Shown one piece after another: positions 53,613-64,000 of a stretch of DNA of 64,000 bases; position 1 is the stretch's first letter; each line of letters starts with the position of its first letter. The stretch spans positions 496,001 through 560,000 of the forward strand of contig NW_027271191.1 in the NCBI RefSeq assembly GCF_040938485.1, in the 5' to 3' direction. Under the pieces are notes generated by a model. It ran no database searches. It saw only the letters and a program-made list of their open reading frames with translations, and was not told where the DNA came from. Origin of the DNA: Diadema antillarum (taxonomy: Eukaryota). The position numbers and the translations under genes were made by a program.

Positions 53613-54816
53613 GGGGGGGGATTGGGAGGGTGGGGGCAAAGCTTTGCATAGCTCCCACCCAATATTTTTATTCCAGGATTAATGCTATTTGGTATGAGGA
53701 AACTGTGTTATTTTTAGAATCCAATTGACATTGTCTCGCAAACACATTTTTTTGGTGGAAGTAGGGAAATAATCAATCCAAGAAGTGTACTACTACTACG
53801 TCTATGGAACGTATGGAGGGGAACTAAGCGGGGAAGTGGTTAGGGCCTAAATGAAAGGAGGATATTATATTCCCACACGAGAAAATTTATCTTGCATTTT
53901 TTGAACAGAAATGAGAGATCTTTTGATGAAAGAAATCATTCGGAGATATGCCAATCTTATGGGAAAGGACCAAAGGGGGAGGATGGGGAAGGGGGTATAA
54001 ACCCATTTTTTAGAATTGAACTGCAACAATGCCGTGCACAGTTTCGGTAAAATATTTGGACAGTTTTCCATCACAAAAAACAAGAAAATCTCCGACATCC
54101 CGAAAATCATTATTGGAGGGGGGTAATATCATGGCAACTACCCCGCACCCTTGCATACGAGGGAGCTTTTGCATTACTCTAGAATAGAAAGGAAAATATC
54201 GTGAGAGGGGGTATTTCCCTCCAATACAAGGGAGATTTCGCATTTCAGAATTGACAGGTGCACACGTTGTATGAAGATTGGGACAGTGTCGAATAAAAAA
54301 AAAATCCACATCTTGGAAATTACTGGGGGGGGGGTCAACATGATATGCTGCCCCCTCCATCGATGCTCTCCTGAAGGGGGTACCCTCCCCCTAATGAGGG
54401 AACTTCTGCATTTTTAGATTTGAAATTCAGCAATCTAGTGAGCCCTTCAGGTATAGCATATTTTTAAAAAAATCAATAGAAAAGTAGGAAAAGCAAAATA
54501 TCCAGGGACAATGGAAATGCTTTAATAGTGCTGTCTGCACTTTAAGCTTGTTCTGCGTGGGAGGGGGATACCCCTCCCACGCTATGGGGATTTCGCATTT
54601 TCAGAAGTGAAATTCAGCAATCTGATGCACACTTTGGGTGGGATATTTGGACAATTTTCTATTTAAAAAAAAGAAGCAAATTTCCCTGTAAAAAGATATA
54701 AGTTGGGGGTGCAGAAGCACCCCCAACTTTTATTTTTCACAGGGGTGCTATGCCCCCCTGCTCAAAAAGTCAGGGGTGCTGCAGCACCCCCAGCACCCCC
54801 GGCTCCCAGGGGCTTG
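51706..54816. mobile_element. Large non-autonomous hAT-type element (3111 bp) built from nested sub-repeats
   Basis: TIR CAGGCCCCTGGGAGC / GCTCCCAGGGGCTTG (14/15 match) and perfect 8-bp TSD CATTTTTC (51698-51705, 54817-54824). The interior holds many copies of GGGGTATCCCCTCCCA...TGAAATTCAGCGATCTGGTGCACACTTTTGGTGAAAT; no transposase ORF. Confidence 0.88.
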
Positions 54817-54919
54817 CATTTTTCCCACCTCTCCCTCTCTCTCTATCTGTTCGTCTCCTTTACCTGTTCTCGAAATGCAGTTATCACTCTGACACGAATT
54901 CTATACACGTTTCATCATT

Positions 54920-55163
54920 GGCACGTATTACTCCCTTATTCATATCCTTACACTTGCACTTTCATTAGGATCTGTCAGACGGAACGCGGTATCGTCATTG
55001 CTATTCGTCGAAAGTTCATTGAGAAGCAGTGCGTCACTGCGTGCCCTGGCCTCGCGTTCTTTCATTGGCTGAGCGTATTATGCAAATATGCGTGACCAAA
55101 AGTCTTTGATGACGTTTGAAGGTTACGCACGCGCACACTCTCTCTGTCTTGTTTTGGTAACAG
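54920..55163 (+). promoter_or_regulatory. Putative promoter of the kinase gene
   Basis: CpG-rich, with ATTGG (inverted CCAAT) at 55064-55068, octamer ATGCAAAT at 55080-55087 and a TGACGT site near 55109. Confidence 0.45.
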
Positions 55164-58100
55164 ATGTCGATAGGAAATGTTGTCATTAGTCCTTTGACTG
55201 ATTTAGCTTTTGACTGCACTTCGGAGCATTGGAAAGCTTTCTATTCCTTTTGCATTCAATTTTGCGAAAGAATCAGGTAAAACAGACTTTCACATGATTT
55301 CTCTTGTTTACAATACTTCTGTAGACATGTCCTTACAAGTATGTCTTTGTTACTTTAGGTTACTTTAGGTTACTACTAGGTAATCATATCCCACAAAAAT
55401 GCGTACAAGAAATTCCTGCTTTTCTGACAAGTATTTACTTTCTGTACCAGCTTGTCCCATTTTTTCATAGTAACATAAATATCATGGAGATCGTTCTTTC
55501 GCTGTTGCGGCACCGATTCTAGGGTTGAGATAGGCACTGAGCAAATGGCAAAATCTAACATACTTATCTTTAATTTAGGTCTATGGAGTTCTGCAAATTG
55601 CATAGAGAGTCTGCAAATGCCCTATAAATGCAGACTATTATCATAACCTTTCTATCTACCCATTCAAGTGTGGTTAATGCAATTATACCTGTACAGCATA
55701 ATTTCAATGGCATCTACCACAATAAACCTTGTTCATTTGTCAATTGAGATAGGATTATGGAAAAAAAATGATTTTATAGAAATACCGAACTTCTAGTCAA
55801 GTCCTAACACCTAACTCTGTTCCTAGAACCCTTTCTAGTTATATGTTCACCGTGATGTTTGATATATCGTGTACTTGTGTGGGGAAGCTATATGTAGCAT
55901 ACAAATACCATGTCCCCTAAGTAGATGAACAGAATGATGTATTGCAGCAAAATTGAATTGAACAATATGCAATGCACTTTGCTTTGTGTTTGTTTGTTCC
56001 TTATCATTGTAGGATGCCATACTTTCTTGGTTATCTTGGTTCTTGGATGGCGAATGAGACGTCTTCCATCTTCACGTCTCTCCTATGCCAAGATATCATC
56101 AAAGATGCCAGAACTAAAGCTCAGGTATATAATTATATGACACGTCCAGTCTAACATTGATTGGGTCTCTTCTTGTCCTTTCTTTTGTATATGATATATA
56201 CGCGAAATAATGTTTGGGAAATATTCTGTTGACTTCTGTTTGAAACATGCATTAGGCCTAATATAAATATCTACTCGCTTGAAAATGAATCCTCTGTACT
56301 GTTTTGAAGCCAGATACCTTACTCTTAGGTTGTTATTTTTCTCTTTTAGGCGAGTCTATTTGCACATCATTACTTGATATTCAATAAATAGATGACTGTC
56401 TGCTTGTTTCCTTTGTATTGATGGACTGTGATTCGAGGTACACACCGGAGAATGACGGATACAGGGTGTGTGGTCGCTTTCACCATGCTAGGCTGTCAGA
56501 TTGTGAATGATTGCAAAGACTGATGATTCTTTTAAGTGCAGTACGGTACCACTCTCGATTCACGTTAACTTTATGAAATGAAGTAAAACTAAATTAAAAA
56601 ATATCATAATTATAATAGCTTCATCAAAATTGGACATCAAATATTAAAGCTGTGAAATTTTTAAGTTTCACTTGGTTTGAAAGACCAGAGATAATTGCTG
56701 CAACCACACATTAGATGATCAGAGTGATGATTTCATCATATCACAGCTCTCAATTAGATTGAACACATATAAAATTTTATGTTTTGTCTATAATTCATCA
56801 ATTCAACCATTTCCATCTGGAAATAATCACTGGTATAGTATCATAGCACAACAACAATTTGATGTATTACAAATATCATCTGACTCATTCGAAGAAAATT
56901 AGTGACTTTCTGTATTCAAGTCAATAGGACTTTGTCACATTGTATGTGAGGTGATGTCACAGTCGTGACATCTATTTTGGGACTTAGTTGCCTATTTTTA
57001 TGGAAGGATGTGTCACTTCAATACCCTTTCAGTTTTTCATTTCATGTTTGATTTTTGTAGGACACGCACCATCCTGTGTTTCTGATTTTTGCTATACATG
57101 CTTACATGAAAGTCAGCTCGAACACTGAGAGCTAGGAATTGATACCATTATCTTCGAATCCCTGGGCATTGTTTGCTCGCCTTGTATCCAAGTCGTCTAT
57201 ACCGCAATAAATGAAATCAGGCTGTCATCGTCGTCTCTTTGTTTATTTCTTTCTCTATTTCACTGCAGAGATTATCTGGCTTTTTTCTGCACACACCCTT
57301 GACGGAGACCAACACCCGGCCACCATCGGACAAGTTCCCTTGTGGCTCGCTGCTTCTTAGAAGTCTTTGTGTGTTGGATAGGAAGGAAGAGACTATCAAG
57401 GTCAGTTAATTGAAATGGTATAATTGGTATTTTCGTGTAGAGTAAAGAAAAGGAGACAGCTTGCTGAATTTAATGAAATCAACGTCAATTGGCCATTATT
57501 TTGTGTTTCTGGCTCATGCTGTAGACTGCTGTATCAATGACTGACTGAAGAAAAAAAATATTCTCAGAATGGCGTCTTCGTATCGGTTTGTGTATAGTTC
57601 ATGCAATTTGATATCTTTTAAAAGAAAAAAAATGTCCAATAAAACCCCCAATTTCCCTATAGACTATACAATGATTTCGAGAAAATAAAATATAAACCGG
57701 TATGTTTTCATATTTCGCGGATGATTCTTTCACAGACAGCATGTCGGCGCAAATAGCCACATATTCGAACAAATCACGTCGCTTTAATATAGCAGTTTAT
57801 TTGTCAGTCGTGAAGATGAACTTTTAGGCGGTCTGTCGTGATGTGTTGACGTTATGAAAACTACTCCGTGTCTGAATTTTATTGACATCTATGTTTTTCA
57901 ATGTGCAGCGTCTCCACCTGATGACTGAAAGATCAAGGGAGAAGAACCAGTTTTACCAATCCTATCTCAGGGTAGGTACAATTTGCTCGTAAATGTACTA
58001 TTTTAATTGAATGAGCATAATTTTTTCACATAGTGAAAGAACACGAGAAATCTAATAGGGCCTACTTAGAAAATACATTTGTTATCTTTATTCGGTAAAA

Positions 58101-59566
58101 GAACACGAACGACAAAAGATGAATGCTGAAAGAGAAAACGAACTCCTTATATACATGGAAAAATGGACTCATTATCTTTGTGTTGACAACGACGTTTGCT
58201 CTGCTGTAAAGACAACAGATTTCAGCCAGTAATGTGCAACATAGATACGACACGATCGCATATAATCAATTTTTGTCACAGCGATGATAATAACATACTT
58301 TTTTCCCCCACAGACACTTGTGTGTACTATGAGATTGGATGATATTGCCATCAAGCTGAATGGTGGTGTACTCAAGAGAATCCCTCGTGCGTGGATGTTG
58401 AGTCGCCGAGAACTCCGCGGATCACACTCCCGGCTGGAGACGCTGCGCGCGACAGTTAGGGTAGGGAAATATGTCTCAATTTAATACTGTCTTTCTTTGC
58501 TACATCAAATAAGTTCGTGCTTTATTTCGGGTTTTAAATCTCAAGCAAATAATTTCTTTCCATGACGGTGGTTTTTGTTCAGTGAGCACACAAAAAACTT
58601 CCTCAGGTTCAGCAGAAAATGTCCATCAGTTTTATGTGACTCCCAAGAAACTGGTATTGGAGTAATGTTGTGTTGATATGATTATAGAAATGTGTTCGAG
58701 AAATATTTTCGAACACCTCTAACGATTGTCAATGATCGTTGGATAGTAATTATGGAAACTTATTTGTGACGTTTTTATTTAAACAAAGTCAATGATGCAA
58801 GAAATTAACAGAAATCGAGTTCCTTTCTTGTCGTGTACAGACAAAGGTTCTAGCTAGATAGGCACCTGCACGACAATTAATCATAACCGAAATGTCTGTC
58901 TCTGTTACAAGGACGTCGCAAAGACAATGGGCGTCGAATCACAACGCTGCGAGGAGTCTTTGCTCGTTAAGATGGCAGAGAAGTGGTCGCTGAGTCAGAG
59001 CAAGATTCAAGATCTCGAGAACAAACTTGAGATCGAGAAAGAAAAAGTGTGTCAACTTTCCAAGGATGCACTGTTGGTAAGTAGATATCCATGCTTCATT
59101 ATTAAATGCGGGTTATGGGTGCTGTGTTGTGATTAGACAGATAACCAGATTAGCCACAGTGCAGTTTTACTACCCGTTAAAACTTTCGAGTCGATGTTGT
59201 TCTTAGAATTTAAATAAGAAAGAGAACATACACGCAAGAGACTATAAGAAAAACATACCATAATACTATCATGTCGTCTTAGGAATAATCTGTATTCTCC
59301 ATTGATGTCAAGATTAGAGAAAAAAGAGTTTTCTGGGATGATAATGCAGGAGATGCCTGAAGATATAACCTTTTAGATTTCCTGATTGATAATGTGATGA
59401 TTATTGCTTGTTTTTCCTCTTTATTTGACAGAAACGAGTCGCAAGCCTTGAGCAGGCCTTGCTTGCAGAAAGCGACAAGGCCAAGCGAGCTACTCAGTGT
59501 CTTCAGGTATGAATGACGGAAGTCAATATTCTCATTCACACGAGTCAATTGAGCCTGCGCGGAAAC

Positions 59567-59605
<39 letters not shown>

Positions 59606-60791
59606 AAAGAAAAGAAAAGAAAAACACCTCAAAACAAGGGTTTGCCTATGAACTTTCCAATCAATTGATTCCATATAAAGATACCGCCTGTCGCATTCAT
59701 AAGTTCATATCATATGACTAAATGTAAGAAAAAAAAAATCGGCATTTTTGCTCTCTTCGATGGTAAGCTAGATATACACACGCCCTTTGCAAAGAAGTAG
59801 TTTTCGTTCGGGAATATAATAAGGTGTGCGTTGAATGTGAAGATACGGCAAAATTAATTTCAAATTTTGCATTTTATTGCTTGGAATTACACACACACTA
59901 AACACTGCACGACGACACTCATGTCTGCGTCCTCTTCTTTTTCGTCTTCTTCTTCTTCTTCTTCTTCTTCGTCTATAGGTTCAAAAGTGCACGCTTGCCG
60001 TCCAAACCTCACCAATCCCTGGACCTGTAGTCTATTCTCGGGGAGCTCAGACTACTTTCACTGATTTGGTGCCCTTCGACAAGTAGGTAGCAGTGTTTTT
60101 GTCGGTTTTTCACGAGAGAAAGACGCAAATTATTTTTTAAATTCTGTCTGGGTTGTTAGGAAGGATATCCTTTGATGTTCCTCATGAGTACGAGCAAGAG
60201 ACATACTTCAAGAGAATTTGAAATTGACTGAAGGGAGGAGAGCATACTTGACATAATCTGCAATATTTTGATGAAATTGATCATATTTCATTGTGCAAGT
60301 AATAAAAAACAACAACAACGCATTACCGTTTTCTATGCAATGTAACATTGTCAAACAGAGAAATACAACGATTGAAAATAATATCTTCCTCAGATCAAAT
60401 GGGGACGCTGGCACCAATACCGCACTGGGCGGTAACCTGTCAAATGTTACTATGGCCATCGAAAATGCCTGCGAGGGTGACGTCACTCTACTTTCGTCCA
60501 ATGAAATGGCAGCTTCTCCGGCACGTCTTGCTATCCACTCATCGCCTTGTAGCCCCGAGGAAGCATTCTACGACGCCCTCTCCGCACTTCCATGCCAGAT
60601 TTCGTTTTCCTTCGGGAGTGGTACAGAGTACGTTGTCGATCAATTGTGCCATTGATTATTAGTCCTATGCTCGTGTTTAGGATTTAGCATTAGAGCGTAT
60701 ATAACGGCGTGTGACGTAAGGAGAAAGATACCGTCGTCATTATTGGTATCAGTAGCATGTAAATGTCAATCTATCGATTACTATATATAAA

Positions 60792-60823
<32 letters not shown>

Positions 60824-62399
60824 AACCAAACCAAAGAAGTAAGATGAGAACAAGGAAGTTTAGTTTAATGCACAATAGCTATACTCATCTCTTCGGCATG
60901 GAAGTGGTTCTACTTCAGTGATACTATATAGGGTACCAGAGTTGACAGAAGGAACGGCCGTTAAGTTTAAAATCTAAACAGGCATCAGGCGGCAAGAGTT
61001 AGGAGTGGCAGAACATCTGAGGAGATATCAGGAAAAGGACATGCAGAAGTGTAGATGACAGTGTTACAGGCACCTCCAAGCGAGTACACGAAAGAGACCA
61101 AACTTCTGCGATAGCAAATCTTCAAGGAGTGTTGTTACAATATTTGGATTGAAAACATCAATGCTCTTTGCAGCAGAGTTATATATATTACAAAAAAATC
61201 AAACGCATAACACATTTCAGTGTACAAATACAGTGGTATATTGGCTTGGGTTTTCTTTTTGGTTTATTCATTTATTTGTTTGTTTATAAAAAATTGTTTG
61301 CTGTTGTTGTTGTCTTTCTATTTTCTCTCTAGTTCTTTTTGTTTAAACCTCTTTTCAACTTTTTTGTGTACTTCCACTCAGGAAAAAATCGGCAGCCAAG
61401 CCATCCAAGGCCTCCCTAGAGGTTGTCGACTCTCTCCAAGCTGTCATCCTTACTTTAAATAATGACAACCCCAGCTTTGACGCGGCAAGCACAAACTCTC
61501 AGAGATTCATTCCAAAGAACCTATCTGCCAGAGGTCTCATGGTAAGGAGTACTTCTGATCTTCTTCCCTGGGGCGCGTCTGGAGACGAGGTTGAACTTGG
61601 TAGTGGTACTACCGGCACAGTTTACCTCTATGCTCATGCAATTAGCCACCGCCCTGTTGCGCTCAAAGTCATGTCAGTTCCGCCAAAAGATTTCTGCAGA
61701 GAGGACAGGCGACAAGTGATCAGAAAATTGAAGCAAGAAGTTCAGATTCTGACTGCCCTCGGCAACAAAGACTGGTTTCCCGAGTTCTACGGCTGCATCA
61801 AAGTCGGACCAGATACGGTTGGTATTGCCATGGAGTTCTGCGGAGATGAATCCAAGGGGAAGAGCTACTCCATCGCCGATTGTTTGGAAAGAAATGGACC
61901 CCATCTCAGCAGGGATGACTGGATGGGAGTCATGCAGGATGTGGCTGACGGATTGACCGTGATGCACAGGAGGGGTTTCCTATGCAACGATCTCAAAGAG
62001 GACAATGTGCTAGTGGTAGAGTCGGAAGAAGAATGGGGCGTGAAGATCGTTGATTTTGGTTGGTCCAGCAGTATCAACAGGCCTCTCAGACTTCGGTTCA
62101 CTGCATCACAGAAGCAAAGTTACAAAGACGAGCAGCTCTACAGTCAAATTGCCCCGGAATGTGCCCTAGACGGGAAACCATGCTCGGTTTCCAGCGACGT
62201 ATACGCCCTGGGCAGATTGACTGCCTTCGTCGGGCAGCGAATGGGACTGAAGGACCTGGAGGACTTTGGAATGTACATTTACCAGTGCCCCAGGGAGAAG
62301 AGGCCATCACTGAAGGACTACATCGCCGAAGTCACTTGCCTCAGGAATGGCGGCAGCGTGGGCAGTGAGAGCAGCGATGACAGTGACGAGGATTTGTGA
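55164..62399 (+). CDS. Putative multi-exon coiled-coil + Ser/Thr protein kinase gene (about 720 aa), family not recognised
   Basis: GT-AG exons, all open and phase-compatible: 55164-55276 (phase 2), 56013-56124, 57269-57400, 57909-57971, 58314-58460, 58912-59076, 59432-59506 (all phase 0), 59979-60082 (phase 2), 60394-60627 (phase 2), 61382-62399. Sum is 2163 nt = 720 aa + stop. The middle exons encode heptad-like KIQDLENKLEIEKEKVCQLSKDALLKRVASLEQALLAES. The N-terminal exons are supported only by splice and phase consistency. A weak optional phase-0 exon may lie at 57061-57111. Confidence 0.6.
59568..59622. repeat. (AAAG)n microsatellite
   Basis: Directly visible; a second (AAAG)n lies at about 60790-60826. 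Confidence 0.9.
61382..62399 (+). CDS. Terminal exon encoding an entire protein kinase domain
   Basis: The acceptor cttccactcag ends at 61381, and the frame is continuous with ORF 61539-62399. Motifs: GSGTTGTV (Gly loop), VALK, alphaC E (KQEVQIL), CNDLKEDN, DFG, APE, SDVYALG, KRPS, then an acidic tail SESSDDSDEDL. Confidence 0.9.
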
Positions 62400-62648
62400 A
62401 TAGGAGAAAGAAACGGGAGGAGACAAGTCCACATAAACTGAAATGTGCCATTTTGTTATGCCATTGGTTTCATCTACTGCACAAATCGCTCCAAGCAATA
62501 ATACCCTGGAGATGATAATGGACACCAATGCCAAATTCATTAATTAATATTATCGATCATTTGTATATGATCTTCAAATTTGTGGGCTTGTTATCGAGAC
62601 TCTGGGTTCATACTTCATTGAAAACATTGAGAAAAATACATTTTGTGA

Positions 62649-62654
62649 AATAAA
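62649..62654 (+). terminator. Candidate polyA signal of the kinase gene
   Basis: AATAAA 250 nt after the stop codon at 62399. Confidence 0.5.
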
Positions 62655-62962
62655 CTCCAAATGGATTTTTATACACTTGACCAAGTTCCTTTTTTTGAGG
62701 ATTGATTGTGGTTGTGACTTTTTTGAAAGTACAGTGAGTCACTAATGATCCTTGCCATGAATTACATTGATTTCACTCAAATGTGCTTCAATGTGACAGA
62801 GCTGTTACATCTTGACAGTTTAGGTGAGATGTAGACTGAGTGCACTCACGATGTGGGATTATTTTCAGACGCCAAGATACATTGCATTGATTACATGTTG
62901 TTGAAAATTTTTAAGCACTGTTGTTATGATGGAAAGTGTTATATCACAACAGCATCCCAAGA

Positions 62963-62975
62963 ACACACACACACT

Positions 62976-63015
<40 letters not shown>
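62963..63015. repeat. (CA)n microsatellite
   Basis: Directly visible; another lies at about 40606-40632. Confidence 0.9.
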
Positions 63016-63017
<2 letters not shown>

Positions 63018-64000
63018 TACATATGCCCCTCATTCAAACCTCGGCAAACATGGGTGGGAAGTTTCATAGTACTCTGACTGATATTTCGTGATATGCTGCA
63101 GTAACTCAGAAGTACACTGTATAGTAGACTGATTGGCAAATAGCTTTGTATTTGTCAGGCACCCTTCGTTCATAGGCAAATGCAAGTAGATAAATGTATC
63201 AATAGAAGGAGAAAAAAGAAAAGAAAAAAAGAAATCAACAATATTTCTTGGATATTTCAACCACAAACAACATCATCAACAATGCATACAGAACATACAT
63301 AGGACAGACCCAATGACCAGAATTAAAATGCAACAACATGCCACTGAAAGTTGCAGGAAGATGATAATGATGTATTTGACATTGCTCATTGCTCAGGTGA
63401 AACAGCACAGACACACCCACTTTTTTTGGCACTCAAAAAAACATGTTTTCCTCAAAACAGCGCATAACCAAGGTCATTCATATCAATGTCCTATGTCTCC
63501 ACAATGATGACACAGTATTTCCACTCCCTGGACTGGCCTGTACCACAAAAATATACATAAGTATGATTTCAAAATGTCCACAATGGTTAATGGCACTTTC
63601 AAGCCACGGGTTCAACATTAAGTCTCATTTAAAAAGAAGCTGATACATGTCCATGAAGAGCCAGCTTTTATTCTATTTTCTAAACAACCCTAACCCATAT
63701 CAACATCCAACGCCTCATGCAATGAGGAAATGGTATGTTTACTCCCTGGAACTGATACAAAGAACAAACACATGATTTCCACATGTCCACAAGGGTAAAC
63801 AGCACCTTCAAGCCAATAGGTTCAACATTATGTCTTATTGAAAAAAGAAACTAGTAAAGTTATACAGAACCAGTTTTCATTCTATTCACAAAGTAACAAT
63901 AACCTATATCCCATTATATTAATGGTATCTTAGCAATGTCATGGTATATGTTCACTCTTTTGACTGATATCATACAAATGAGACTAAATAATGATTTTCA

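Noticed and set aside
60982-61130. Extra kinase-gene exon candidate (purine-rich, after AAACAG)
   Set aside because: All three frames hit stops before a good donor, and the model is phase-complete without it.
61539-62399. Kinase as a stand-alone intronless retrogene starting at Met 61539
   Set aside because: The frame is open upstream to a strong acceptor at 61381 and is phase-compatible with upstream exons. A stand-alone start is less parsimonious, though not excluded without transcripts.

Overview
Eukaryotic (metazoan) genomic DNA. The repeat landscape and gene structures suggest an invertebrate deuterostome such as a sea urchin; this is inference and cannot be confirmed from the window alone. 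I reconstructed three spliced genes by hand, checking reading-frame phase at every junction. (1) SUPT16H/Spt16, the FACT large subunit: + strand, 24 coding exons, 7597..34124, 1046 aa. (2) WWOX: - strand, 8 coding exons, 50551..41161, 411 aa, convergent with SUPT16H. (3) An unrecognised gene head-to-head with WWOX: about 10 exons, 55164..62399, about 720 aa. It joins a non-homologous coiled-coil N-terminus to a protein-kinase domain encoded in a single exon, with an atypical CND catalytic loop. Introns and intergenic DNA are packed with non-autonomous DNA transposons (hAT with 8-bp and 6-bp TSDs, Kolobok-like TTAA, Tc1/mariner-like TA, CACTA, piggyBac, Harbinger-like, Helentron/DINE-like), plus a tRNA-derived SINE and a LINE endonuclease relic. 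Highlights are the orphan kinase gene, a Helentron-like element carrying seven invariant RFX X-box palindromes at about 161-bp spacing, a 3.1-kb hAT element wedged between two divergent promoters, and one phase-required GC-AG intron in each conserved gene. No rRNA, intact tRNA or CRISPR array was seen.
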